Shown: positions 14,365-28,100 of the stretch, in pieces
Position numbering within the stretch: position 1 is the stretch's first letter
Layout of the letters: the number at the start of each line of letters is the position of its first letter
Source of the DNA: Lingula anatina
Lineage: Eukaryota > Animalia > Brachiopoda
Reading direction: 5' to 3'
DNA length: 64,000 bases
Assembly: GCA_051362555.1 (NCBI GenBank)
Contig: CM120643.1
Location: 15,784,644-15,848,643, forward strand
Position numbers and translations under genes: made by a program
The notes under the pieces: model-generated
Database searches by the model: none
What the model saw: only the letters and a program-made list of their open reading frames with translations
What the model was told of the DNA's origin: nothing

Positions 14365-14990
14365 TCCCCACCCCAAGTACACCTGACCACCAAGTATACC
14401 CACCCCTAGTAAATTTTAAAGTGAAGTAGGTTGATGTTTGTGCCATAATACCCCATCCCAACCCCCAGCACATTAACCTGCAGCACATCACCTATCCCAA
14501 AATGTGTTCGCCCCAAGTTCACCCATCTCCAGTATACCCACCCTGCTACACCTATCTCCAGTAACTTGCCTCAAGTACACCAAACCCACACACACCCATC
14601 TCCAGTATACCCACCCTGCTGCACCTATCTCCAGTACCTTGCCCCAAATATACCAAACCCACACACACCCATCTCCAGTATACCCACCCTGCTACACCCA
14701 TCTCCAGTACCTTGCCCCAAGTATACCAGACCCAAGAACACCCATCTGCAGCACACCTTCCCCAGGTACTCACATCTGCAGTATACCCATCCCAAATAAA
14801 CCCACCTGTAGTGCACATACCCCTAGTACACCCACCTCCAGTATATCCACCTCCATTAATTGCAACCACCCCAAGTTCACCCTCTCCCAGTACACCCACC
14901 TCCAGTATACCCATCTGAAGTACACCTACCCCAAGTAAACCCATCTCCAATACATCTACCCCAGGTACATCCCATCTCCCCTAATACACC
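14365..14990. repeat. C/A-rich minisatellite with three 73-bp units (starts 14521, 14594, 14667) inside a degenerate array of short CCCATCTCCAGTA-like subunits
   Basis: Periodicity read directly. It explains the five overlapping low-complexity ORFs here. Confidence 0.9.
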
Positions 14991-17703
14991 TGCACATAGT
15001 GAATACTCTATCTAAAGCAAGTTTATATGCTTATTACAATTAAGATGAATGCAGCCTCATTACTTCTAACTCTGTTTTACAAATTTCTTTTCACATTGTG
15101 ATTCCAGCCCTTAAAAAAAGGTGGGAAAAACGCCTCAGTTCCACAGCTGTTGTAGAAACCCGCATACAGTAACTGAACTATCTGATTAGATATCCTCCAT
15201 GGCATTGTTAGAATTTGGAACTAATTAGCACACTGCAGAGGATCATTTTAAGAATCAAAGCTTTTTTTTCAGACAAGGCAGATTTTAAATCATGTATGTT
15301 AAATTATAATTTTATAATGAAGATCCAGAATGAACTTAAAATCTTTAACAGATGACCCAGATTTTAGAAAAAGGCCGTTGCATCTTTAAAGTTTATGTGA
15401 GTCTTGACATGAGTTCAGGAGTGCCAGTTTAAAAATGGTGCACAAAGCAGATGTGGGACATCTGGTGGTGAGCCCCGATATCTCTATCCAAGACTGTTCT
15501 ATGTGGCCCTGCATTGTTTGATTTGTGATGGCAAAACTGTCTACATGTCACGGCTATGGCATTTTTTCTAGATCTGCTCACACTTCTTCAAAAAAAAAGA
15601 AAAAGATCTTCTTACATATGTGACCATATGAGAACTGTCATATGGTAACCTGCCCAGCAGAAGTCCACTTGAGGAAATGGACCCACTTGAGGAAATGGAA
15701 ATGTTTTGATTGGTCTGGTCAACTTAACCAAACTGTTTGTACCTGATTATTCTGCTGCAGTGAATGCCATGTTACTGCATTTTGTCATTTTTGCAAACAG
15801 TGTTAAAATACAGTTGACCATTGAATGTTTGAGAATGCTGGGGGAACAATTGTATTTTGTGAGAATGAATAGATCATATGCGAGACATGTGGGTACATTT
15901 TATTCACTTTGGTTATATCTATATGCTGGCTCTGGTTTCTGTAGTTTTTTTTGCTTCATGCAATGCAACTGTTTCATTGTCATTGATGTATTGAAAAGTG
16001 GATTCATTTTTCTCTACCTGAACAGATGGATAATGCACTTGGAGAGCTCAGCAATACATACTCAAGTGACAAAACACATGTGTTTAGTATGAATTTATAC
16101 ATATAATTGTTATGAAGTGAATGAGTACAGTGTCAGCGAACTCTGCATTTTCCTGATATTTATTTCATTTAGGTACATGCAGACAAACAATCTTCATGTT
16201 TGAATATGAAAAGCAGTTTATATCAATGCAAATGTTCAGTCTCCTCAAACCAGTATTGTATTATATTATGAAAATATATACAAACTTTAAACAGCAATAT
16301 GACAACAATTTGTGAGAAATTTGAACAAATAGATAAATTCTATATCCGACTATAATATTGGTTCGCCATGAAATGAGAAGACACAGGATTTTTTCTTTAT
16401 CTACTTAGATAATGAGAAAATAAACATTGTCATGTTATGAGATAATGCTGTTGTATCAAAGAGATATAGATTTCAAACAGATCAACCTTACTTGAACAGC
16501 AATCAACACCATTTTGATAATTATTTAATCACATCAGAAAGTAATGCAATTATGTGCCATGAAATATTCTTGAATGGCTTACTTCTGATTGTATTAGTAA
16601 AGAAGTGAAATCATACCTTTGTTTATTGGAACATTGTAATTTAAAAAAAACAAAAAACCAATTGCTGGCACCAGATTGTAATTCACATTCTAGTCATGTA
16701 CATTGTACCATGCCAATTTTCATGACGATATCTTACTTAGTTACAGAGCTCAGTTACATCAGAAACCAATCACTATTTTACACCAATTTACAAAATGGTG
16801 ACATTGATGATTAACACTTGGCCACCCTATGTGCAGAAGTAAGTGGGGTGGTTAAGAAAGAAACAAAAAACAGAGTGGTGCTCCAAAAGTGTTTATTTTA
16901 ATTGTCAGTAGTAATATTAACATAAATAATTCACATTAAAGAATTGATGAAAAAAACTATTTTGCTAATCGTAGGCCTTTATAACATATTGGACCTCCTA
17001 AAGATTTACTGCCAAGTATCATAAAACTTTATTTTACACATGGCATAAAGATCTAGTTCAAGTTGCTTGCAATCAGGACATTGAAGGAAGATGCATTCAG
17101 TTTTGATAGATAAGTATGATATATGGTTCTGGTCAATATTTTCATGTTATGGTTTTTTCACTTTCATCCGTCTACCTAGCATCTCTGTTCTATGTCTTAT
17201 ACACTAGTACCTGTATCTTGCTGATGAAAATCTGAGTCATCTTTTTAAACCCAGCTCATGAATTGCGTGAAGCAATTGTTATTATAGTAGATAGATATCT
17301 GTCAAATAATTGATATGTATTGTGGTACAGACCTGCATATAAATTATAAAATATATTGCAATTCAGATGACAACTTTTGATAGATGCAGATAATTATGAA
17401 AATATAATGTGCTGCTTTTTTGCCATGTGGGATGTTGCTCCCACCCCCTCAAGTCATGAGCATTCAAATGGTTTTTTTTCAGAGCATAATGAAGTTAACA
17501 GTTCACTTAACCCAGTCCATTATGTATTTTATCAATTATAACCTTTTTATGTAAACAAACAGTAATACTAGAAGTAGCATAACCAGCCAACAGTGCTGAC
17601 ATGTAACATTAAAAGCTGAATAAATTATCATCAGTATTATTATTCCATGCCCCTAATGTTACAATAGAACAATCATTGTCACATTCCTGATTCATCAAAC
17701 CTT

Positions 17704-17763
17704 GTGCCATCTCTCTGACAGCCACTTTACATCGTGCCATCTCTCTGACAGCCACTTTACATC
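17704..17763. repeat. Perfect 30-bp tandem duplication
   Basis: gtgccatctctctgacagccactttacatc occurs twice in tandem. Confidence 0.95.
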
Positions 17764-18811
17764 CTAATGAAATATAAATAAGATGCCATAAGTTGAAGAC
17801 TCTCAAGTCGTTCTGTCATTGATGACATTTGTAGGTCATGACCTTGACCCTGCAGGTCATGTCACTGTCGTCCCTTGACCTTTGAAATGCCCTGTCATTT
17901 AGGTTTATTGATGATAGTGTAACATTTTTGATGCATGGATTTCTTTCTTGTCATTAGACAAAAAATATTTTCTACAGTTATATACTGCAGTGCAGCAGAA
18001 AAGGGTTTTAAAGTTGCACCTTCTTAAATTTTCTGGTTGTAAATTTGACCATTTTATTTTCATCCTAGTCTGTCAGACACAAAAAGTGAGAAGAAATTAT
18101 GTATGTAAATATCATGTTTCAAGAAATAAATTAACAGTAAAAAATCCTATTTGAAACTATAAGGTGGCATTTGGTCGGGTAAAGTTGCAATCATTTGAGA
18201 AGTACTTGCTTATTATACAGATTTCTTGTCATAAATTTGAAGAAAGCTCAGTTTTAAACCCTTTGTCTGCTGCCGGAGAGATTCATTTTGGTTGGTTTTT
18301 CAGCATGTGGATTTTATTGGTGTTGAATAAATTTGAATAATTTATACATTGCAGGGCATTCACTATCACTTCATATGTATCTGTTATGTTGCAATTTAAT
18401 AAGTATATTGTATGTGTAATTTTTAAGAGAAGTCGGGAAGGTGGTTAACTGTATTCAGAATCTGTTGAATATAGAACAAATTGAATCCCCTTGGTTGGTC
18501 ACATCAGTATTGCCTTGGGGTAAAGCTCATTAAGCCCAAGGGTAGTATCATCAGCCCTATAAAATGTGCCATTAGATGTCGCCAGTCTCTGTGTTCTATC
18601 TCACCTGATGGTGCTAGACTAATTCTATTAGACTTATTAAACATTAGACCAAGCTCCCTATAGGGAATCTTCAAACAGAATTTATAAGCGCAAAACTAGC
18701 TTTTATTCTACCTAATTAGAACACTGCTTGTTGTATGATGGACCTTAATGCTTTGAAGTAGTAGAGTGCAGCTTGCAGGGTGCCTACTGTGAGGTGTGTG
18801 ATATGTCATAG

Positions 18812-19300
18812 AGCGCATTCAGAAAAGATGATCCTCGGACTAACTGATCTGCCGAGTAAAATGGCTGACCCCACTCAAGAAAACGATGCTGCTAATTCAG
18901 GGGCGGATCCAGAGATATTTCTGACAGTCTTCCACATTATCTTTGTTGATCCATCCTCCATTTTTTGACCGTCTTCCGACAGAAAAAATTAGGTACTCAT
19001 CAATGTAAACTTACAAATTTGACCGTCTTCCGGAAGACCCAGAAGACCGCCTCAATCCGCCCCTGTAATTCCCAGATGGTTTCCTCCACATTTGCCATTT
19101 TATGGATAAAATTTCAGCTCCCAGGTTTAATTGTTGGGCCCCTGCAGTGACGGCGTGTGTGTGAAGGTGGGGAGACCATCAGGGAATTAGCAGCATCACT
19201 GCTGTATGATGGACCTTAATGCTCTGAAGTAGTAGAGTTGGTTCGGCCATATTTAGCTGGGGGATTGGTTAGTCCGCGGATCATCTGTGCTGAATGTGCT
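18812..19300. mobile_element. Foldback-like non-autonomous element with about 100-bp imperfect inverted arms, host of the 168-bp MITE
   Basis: 18812-18876 is the imperfect reverse complement of 19235-19300. After removing the MITE, gatgctgctaattcccagatggtttcctccac pairs with gtggggagaccatcagggaattagcagcatc (ends 19197). No clear TSD. Confidence 0.72.
18898..19065. mobile_element. 168-bp MITE with 11-bp TIR CAGGGGCGGAT and 5-bp TSD TAATT
   Basis: Perfect TIRs at 18898-18908 and 19055-19065. TAATT lies on both flanks (18893-18897, 19066-19070). CpGs are retained, suggesting a young insertion. Confidence 0.88.
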
Positions 19301-22300
19301 GAAATAGGACCAGTGCTAGAATGAAGTTTCTGTTTGATGCTTTTGGAACAGTTGGTATGATAACTGGCAAATTCATTTTTGGCATTTACAGATTATACCG
19401 TCTGGTTTTTAGCTTCATACTGCCCATTACAGTATCACTCTTAGCTTATTGATTGTTTAAAAAAAAAAAAGATTGACAGTGTTACAAATCTGATCACAGA
19501 AAGTCAGGACTTTGTGATCACACGACAATGTAGGCAACAGGATATTGCATTGCTTGGACAATAAAGGTCCTTCGACAATACATGTGCTTGGACTGTACAG
19601 GCACATATGCTTTTCTGTAAAGCAGCAGCTGCTGTACCTGGCCCTGACAACATCTTATTAACAACTTGAGGTATAAAGTGGGTGCATAGCTAACATGTGC
19701 ACTTTGAAAACTAAGAGATCTGCAACAGATATTTCGCTTATTTTACATTTTGACAGTTCATTGCTTTTTCCAGAAAATCATTGTTTCAGTTCAAAGACAT
19801 TTCTGTTGTTAACTAGTTATTTATGATCTAAATCATAATATAAGACAGTGGGACTCTGCCTGCCTTTGTATTACTGTAATGACCCGATATTTTAAAAAGG
19901 GAGAAATGTGAATTTTACGGATGCCATCTTTTTTTTAGTCATTAATTCTTAATTAGAACATTTGTATCAGGGTACCAAGAAAATTGAATGTGTTTTACTT
20001 TGTAGTTCTGTTCAATACAGTTAGAGCACCAAAAATGCTATTTAGTAATATATTTTCAATGACTCTAAAATTATAAATCTAAATGATAATTTGTTGAATG
20101 ATTGACCAGGTACATGTTTCCTACAAGTCCTAATACAACAAACTCTGCTGCTCTAGACGTAGACCATGGGCTGGTTTCACAAGTAGACTGGTCAGAATAT
20201 ATCATGGAGTTTAAAATCTGAACTTATGTACACTTGACTGGATTTATAGGTTAAGTACCTCACAGGCAAATGCATTATCTTGACCATTTTGTGACATTGA
20301 TCTCTTTATGACCTTTGATAGCAATCTTGTATTCAATGCTACCTGTTATTACAGTGGCCTGATAGTGGAGCTAATGTCCACTAGCCAATTTTTTAGGAAA
20401 AAGTTGTGCTGTTGCCAAGTCACATACTGTAGACATTGATCATGTGCTATTATAGTCAGCTGGACATTGAACACCATATTGTGATCATTTGGTGTGAACA
20501 TTTTCAGAGTCCACTGTGAAGACAACATCAAATTTTATCATTTTTATAATTCGTATATTAAATTTTCCTTTTTCTTTGTCCCAGAGTCCCACTCTTGCAC
20601 TCTTGGTGTATTCTTTAGTTGGGTAATATTTTTTGTGTCTGCATCGCAGTGACTATAATATACATGTGTGTTGCTTGGCCAGTAATGAAAATCTTCATGG
20701 TGCCTGAAATCTTTCCAGTGGCTTTGTAACATGTAGCACTAAGGCTCAGGTGACAGATTAGATGGCACTCATCGAGTCATTTGTAATTTTCTAAATAGCT
20801 TGTATGATTGAAGCATGGGGCAGCAGGTAGCAGAGAAAAAAACATTTGAATAGAGATGAAAATGGCATAACATGATACTGATGCCAATAGTTGGATTGGT
20901 ATAGACCGAGAAGATCAGTGTCATGGTGGTGGCTGTTTACATGGTGTCATGCAATCACATGTTGTATGTACAGGGCAACCCAATACAAATGACACACATT
21001 GATGCAAGGCATATTAGAATTTTGTGGATATAAAATCAGAACACAATGTTGTGCTTGTCATCGGCTTAAAATGTCTATATCATTTAAGCAGACTTATTCT
21101 ACTGCCTAGTTAAGTCTAGGTACTTATACCCCCCAATACCTAAATATAATGTAAATGGCTGGTCAAAGAAATTATGGTAATCTTTCATCAATCTCAAACA
21201 ACTACACATATTACAACAGTACTATTTTTCAATATTATTTTAAGTCATTCTCAAAATATTATCACATATACCCAAATAATTTTTAATTTATGCAATTTTG
21301 AGGCATTTTTTTGGGGGTTAATTAATATGTAACATTATTATTTTGAGAAGTATCAGTCATTAATTAATCAGTTTTGGTATAAGTTGGAGAGTTATTATGG
21401 AACCATTTTATTCAGATTTGCTGCAGGGGGCAGGACTGACCTCCTTTCAAACCTGGACAAGGATGGACAGGTCTTGGGAGGCATGGACAAGTCAGTCTTG
21501 GCCACTCTTCCCAGTCAGATCCATCTTGGTTATGTCCACTTTCTTCTAAGCCTAGATTGTTTAAGCCAGATTTGTACACTGCTGGTTCTCTTTGGACACT
21601 TAGGTTATACAAGTGCTTGAGATTTCATATGGCTGACTTGAGGTTGCCTTGCACATTGTGGTTAAAACATGCCTCAAACGTGTTTGTAGACACGTGTAAG
21701 GGGTGTAGAATAATACGAGCAGCAGCATTCTTCTCTGCTGTTCAACAACTGTCCTTGGGCAAATAATTGCGGAAGGAACAACACGCTTTAAGTTCACATC
21801 TTGTCATGTTATGATAATCTTCTTGTAGATCATACGGTTTTCGTGTTCTCTTTTTGTTCCTTCATGTTCAAACATGGTTGACTTGTTAGTAATACTCTTG
21901 GACTACATATGTTTGTGGGCAACTTTGATGTAGCCAGGGCATGAAGATACAGGATATCACAGCAATGACATCAGGTATATTCAAGTGGTACAGGGGGTGG
22001 CGGTGGGGGGTTAGAAAAGTTTAGCTATCTAGTTTTATCTTCCTCTGACCATCTTCATAACAAACTAACAGCAGATAATATAGTGAACATTTTGTAGCTA
22101 AGGACATTTTGGCTGGTGGATCATTTGCCATCATATTGTGGTTGTAGATCAAATGATAGATTTGCACATTCTGGTAACTTTTATTTTGGCAGTAGTTGTT
22201 GTCCTAGCCATGGTATTCCAAGGGCTGTTAGGGTTAATACATCTCTGTCACACCCTCATAACTTTGTGATCTGTTTAAACCACACAGCTTCCAAAGTGTA

Positions 22301-22386
22301 CGTATAAATTTGATCATGAAAATTCATGTAAAGTAATACATATAAGGTCTCTTCACCCAATTGCATGTTTTAAATAAATCCCACTT

Positions 22387-22732
22387 CCCTTACAAAAGTT
22401 TCTTATTGGAGGTCCTGTAGGACTCTATAAGAATCCTTTAGGACTCATAGGTATCCCTTCAAGACTTTATGGGACTCTATAGGAATCCAGCAGGACTCTA
22501 TGGGATTCTGTAGGAATCCTTCAGGACTCTATACTTTCAGGACTCTATGGAACTCTGTAGGAATCTTTCAGGGCTCTGTAGGTAGCCTTCAGGACTGTAT
22601 GGGACTTAATAGGAATTCTGCCAGACATACAGTAACATTCCTATCCTGCATATAACTTATAGGAACCTAAAGGATTTTTGGCCATTTTCCTATGGGATAT
22701 CTCATAGGACCCTATAGGAATTTTCCATTGGG
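22387..22732. repeat. Degenerate array of AGGACTCTAT/AGGAATCCTTC subunits, possibly inside a CCC...GGG-ended MITE
   Basis: Repeated 10-11-bp subunits at 22410-22620 and weak inverted similarity between the two ends. Confidence 0.7.
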
Positions 22733-23372
22733 GGTTATCAGTGAATAATATTACTTTTGACTGCAATAATTTAAATCTTCACTTGCAGGCTGTATGGTGC
22801 ATGTATGTTAGGTGCTAGACAATTAATGCTCAAAACACTTTTTATACCTCTTCTTGTGAAGCTCTAAAAAGTCTTCTATCCTTCTTAGTAATTCTGTGAG
22901 TCTTGTTGTATAGGCAGCAAAAAATTTGTTTAATGTTCTAGGTCAAAGTGCATAGAGAAATGTTTAGAAGTAATAAGTCAGAGATTACTAAATTTCTATC
23001 TCAAAGTCAGAAGATTTTTTATTCTGTGCCATGGGCCCTCATTCAGTGAACTAGCATTTATATGTCCTGGACAAAGCAGTGTGAAAGTTTTCAGTATTAA
23101 AATAAAAAAGACTAATTTTTTAAAAACAGCTCTTTTTAGATACTCTCAGTGTTTGTCACAATATACCAACATATGAGTGATGGGCAGCTTTGTGATTACA
23201 AAATTGTGTCACCAGCTTCTAAGAAAAATGTTTGTCCATTTTTTTTATAAATAGTGGTTATCAGACACCCAGAATAATGACAGCTTTATGACACAGATGT
23301 AACTGGTTTGCTGTCTGTGATACTGATGGGATTGTATGTTTGTATGCCTGTGTATTTGTTCATGTGTGTGCA

Positions 23373-23440
<68 letters not shown>
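23373..23440. repeat. Compound (GT)n(GA)n microsatellite
   Basis: Read directly. Confidence 0.99.
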
Positions 23441-23443
<3 letters not shown>

Positions 23444-23844
23444 GGAAATAAAAAAGCAGCTTTTGATTGAAATTCATTTGTTCCTGTATACTCTACTGAC
23501 ACATAACTATATTAGGACTGCTGACTGACATCAATTTAGATCCAAGGCAACTTGATGGACGGTGTATGCAAATGCCTGGTTTCCTCTTGGAGTCTGAGAC
23601 ACTCAGGTATGTCTGAGTCTGGATGATACAATGATGAGTTGTGTCAATTGTCTCAGATTCATGAGTGGACATGACATTTAACTTATCACAGAGCCCCACT
23701 ACAACAAGTGTGAAGCATGAAACATATCTCTCCATAGAAAAGACTGGAGTTATAATGTGTGATTTGCCAGCATGTAGTAATTAAGGTGGGAGAGGGGTGC
23801 TTGCCACAATATAGAACTTTAGAATCATCATGGTTTCCCTTTGA

Positions 23845-24078
23845 TCAGTGTGATGTAATTCATTCAACTTCCCTTTTCTCTGGAACAGAGTAGAGCATTT
23901 CTGAATGATGTGTGACTCGTTGTAGACTAGTTGTAATGATAGTTTAACTCAGCATGATGTAATTCATTCAACTCCCCTTCTCACTGGAAGAGAATATGAT
24001 ACTTGAGTATGTCTGAATGATGTGTTAGTTTGATAATGATAGTTTTACTCAGTGTTATATAATACAATCAATACTCCT
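23845..24078. repeat. Diverged tandem repeat of about 100-104 bp, roughly 2.3 copies
   Basis: tgatgtaattcattcaact, ctgaatgatgtgt and taatgatagttt blocks each recur. Confidence 0.8.
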
Positions 24079-24929
24079 CAAAATAGAACTTCAACTAAGG
24101 TTATAGTAGCCTGTGTGAATGTGTTTTTTTTTTTTTTTACGTATTGAGGAGAAGGGTCATTGTTGTGAACATGGTGAACTAATCACCAGGGTATCTCACT
24201 GGACCATTGTAACTGCTGTCCAGTATGAGAGGTCAAACTAGCATAATGGTCATTATACCGGTCATTATACAATGTCCTGGCTCCAGTCTGGACATTAGTG
24301 TCATGTATAGACCACTGTTGTTGATGGAGGAGAAAAATTGATGACCACTGGCCGAGACTCATGTGTCCACCAATTTTGTCTCTGCCTCGCCTCCACATGC
24401 ATGGATGACATATCAGACAACAGGAATGGACTCGGATATGATCAGTTGACTGTCGCAATTGTTTCTCCAAGATCTCTTATTTTACCCCTTCTAACTGCTA
24501 TTAAACCTGTGATATATACATATATTGTGCCAGTTGCCTGAAATGTGTTAATTAGTATGTATATGTTGTTGGATATACTATGTAAGTGTTGCCCATGGTA
24601 TTTTGTGTGCACACATATTCATGGTACACGTAATTATTTGTCGCCTTGTCGTAAATGGACCTTACATTTCGTATTCAAAGCATTAACATTAATTGTGACC
24701 TCGATGTTTTGACCTACTTTTAGTTGCACATTTTACTGGTGACCTATAACAAAAGAACACTGTTGTATATTCACATCAGCCGCCAGGCTGGTCACAGTGT
24801 TATGGTTGATGGAAAGCACCTTTGGTCTGACCAAGCTGTAACTGCTGTGTCTGCTATATGTGTATGCTTGCTCATTTGTTCATGATGAGAGAGAGAAAGA
24901 TGATGGGGAGGAAGATGGAGAAAAGGAAT

Positions 24930-25115
24930 CATGCCCATAGCCAGCAATTTCAAAAGGGAGGTTCTTTTTCTAAAAAAAAAAAAAAAGAGGACCTTTTACA
25001 GTGGAACTTTTGTGTATCTAGATCAAATTTTACCCAGAATTGACCTTTTCCTTACAAAAAAGGTGGTTCTTTCTAACCTCCCCGAACCCCCCCCTCCCCC
25101 CTGGCTATGGGCCTG
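24930..25115. mobile_element. 186-bp MITE with 15-bp TIR CA(G/T)GCCCATAGCCAG and 5-bp TSD GGAAT
   Basis: catgcccatagccag ... ctggctatgggcctg with one mismatch. GGAAT at 24925-24929 and 25116-25120. Confidence 0.85.
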
Positions 25116-28100
25116 GGAATAATGGAGATAGTGGGAGAGCACCCAGAGAAAGATTGGTTAGGAAAGGGAAGAGGGCGGGAGAGGAAATACTGTGATCAGC
25201 TAGTTTATTTACACATGCATTCATATAATACTAGGGACATGTCTTGCCTCCTTGCTCAGCTGCTGAATTTGTAAAAGGAGTCAACAGGTAGAAGAAGAAA
25301 ACTTATAGATGATTTTGTGGCCTTTGGGGTTTCCAGTGAAATAATATGTAGTCATCGTTACTTGCAATTATCTTGACTGGTGTAGAACAGAAGAGAGACT
25401 ATCAATTAACATACAGCATATGGTGTTGTTTTGAATTATGACTGTTGTCATTGATCTTAATTGCCGAGTAATTAAATCATCCACACACATAATTTATTCA
25501 TGATTGTCATCTGGGGTGGTCTGATCAATTGTGCATAGATGCATAATACAACATGAGCTTGCACAGGTGCAGCTATTGTCAGTTGGGGTTCTGTCATTGG
25601 CAGCTAGATTTAAGGTTTTCAGTGTTTTTTAAAGCATTATGCCTTCTGTGCATGCATAGTGCATGGGCAGATATGTGCTCAAACTTCCATATGTCCACCT
25701 ACTAAAAGCTTGCATACATATTCATGTGTACACGAGTCATCTTTCAGATAGTAATTATATGTAAAAGCAGGTGCAATTTAATAGTGTTGTGTACGTGTGC
25801 GTGTGTTTTTCATATATACTTTTCATTACAAATGCATGTGCATACATTAAAAAGTTAGCACAGGTCTTTGACAACTGCAAACCCCTCTGTTTGTCTTATT
25901 TACTCACAGATCAAACATAGTATGCCACTAGAAGACAGCATGATTTTGACTCAGGGCACCTGATACCTAATCTTTTGTTCAATGTTTCAGGCCATACTTT
26001 AATCTAAATCACTTTATAATAATAATAATTCTGCTGTATTGGCATCCTGATCATCTCTTGTCTTTGTGGCTGACCTCACAGTATGATGGCTCATTATAGC
26101 ACCAATGAACTATGAACTTCTGAGCAATGCACTTATATTTAGGACAAATAATGCAGTAAGCATTCAAAAACAAAAGTTTATTTGATGTTAATGCCCCCCT
26201 CTCTCCGCATCCATGCCATAACTAAAATCACAACACAGAAATCAATGTACAACCACAGTTTTTATTCACTGGATATTGTATTATGTCTGACACACAAAGT
26301 CACATATTCACAGTGCATATGCTAAAACTGACATGAGATATACTAAAATACATAATAATTAACTTTAATCCAAATTAATTTAAAATATCAATGAAACCCT
26401 CATGAAAGCACTTATTATTTTTCCTCCAAAGTGAACATTTTACCACTTCATTTCATCTGACTTAGGTGATAGCAACAGATTCTGAGGTAGTAGACTATTT
26501 GATTCCACAAACGGAGCATATTGCATGCAAAGTCTTTTGATAATAACATTTTTGAAAGATGTCAAGCCCCTCTTAGCAAGGCTGGGCTATTTTGAAAATA
26601 TAATTTTATTTAATATAGTATGTTAAGTTATGGGGGAAGACATCAGAACCCAGCAGATGTGATTGGCTTTCAGAGCCAGGCTTTCATGTTAATATGCCTA
26701 CCCATTGGTAGGTAAAGGAAGGGGGGAAAGGGGGGGATTTTTCTTCCTCTTTTTTCCCTTGCATCTGCATAAGATAAGTATGGAGTCTGCTAGGAAAATA
26801 AAACAGAGTATATCTCTTAACAAATACTGTATAATTTGTCAACCACTTTGCAAGATCTGCATGTACATATATAGGTTTGTATATAAATGGTAGCCATTGA
26901 TTCATTTAAGTTAGAAGTGTCTGTTATGGTATGTGTCTCAAAAACATTAGTATGGGTCTCATTTTCCAAATTTAATGACCTCTGTCAAAATATTTTTTTG
27001 CAAGTCAAGTTTTTTAACCAAGAATTTGAAAAAACTCCAATTGTATATCAATCCATGAAGAATCCTATCACATATCTGTTTCAAACTTGATGTAAATGAT
27101 TTCTTAAGGGCAGAGAAATGCTTATTGTAGCCTTCACATATGCTTTGGATCAGTATAGCAGTTTTTAAGAACAGCATAGTGGCCAGGAGCAATGTTGCTT
27201 AACTTTCACTGCATCAGGTTTCTCTTAATTTTTGATACATGAAAAATAAATTATAACCCCACTGAATTAAAAAGAAGTGCTGTTGGTGTTCACCCACTGG
27301 CATGTAATCAGTTGTTCACCCCAGAAATCCAAAGATTGGTGCAAACCAAAGAGACTTCGTTTAAACATGCAAGTTATTGGAGAATGAAGTTGGCTACTCA
27401 AAAAGTGGCTCATATTATACTAACATAATATAGTTATTACCCCAGCTGTGGTCTTATGTCATTGGAAGTGGCTCTGTAAAACACTAACACAATTTAAACA
27501 AATTATAATTATGTAGTATAACAATTCAAGTGTGAAATCCCAGGTCCTCCTGCCCTCTGCATATCCCAAACTATGGATGATATGTGGGATGTAGATATTT
27601 ACACATTACAACTTAGTCATAATAAAATATATAATACACAGAATTAGTTTAGAAATTGTTCTTGATCAACCCGATTGGCATGCATACCCTTGACTCCAAA
27701 TTATTACAATATAATAGTTATTATAATTAATAATAATGATGAAATAAATATCATTATGCATATGTGGCACATATATATATATGTAAGAATATATACAACA
27801 TTAACAGAGAAAATTTAATGTACATTTGAAGCTCATGTTCTACAGTTCTAACATATCACATTTATTTATTAAAATTATTTTACTTATATACCCCTGTTAT
27901 ATACACACAAAACAAACAGTTAACTGCTGTTTTACACAATAGAAAACTCTCCTAGCCAGCCCCTTAGTTGAAACTTTTTACTGGCATGCAAATTATATGG
28001 CATGCATTTTGTCAGTTCTCTTCGCAAGGTCAGATTTTTCCACCTAGCCAACATTGAAAATGATCACTTTCACAACTCATTTAACCCTTTTTAAATATGT

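Noticed and set aside
14504-14950. Five overlapping Pro/His/Gly-rich ORFs on both strands
   Set aside because: They are products of the 73-bp minisatellite, and the unit length is not a multiple of three.
23245-23528. ORFs with SLSL/HTHT/ERER/IYIY runs (also 1740, 3774, 12698, 43835, 57224)
   Set aside because: They are translations of dinucleotide microsatellites.
24183-24470. Possible Tc1/mariner transposase fragment (MWRRGRD)
   Set aside because: Only a few residues resemble the family; no DDE motifs or TIRs were found.
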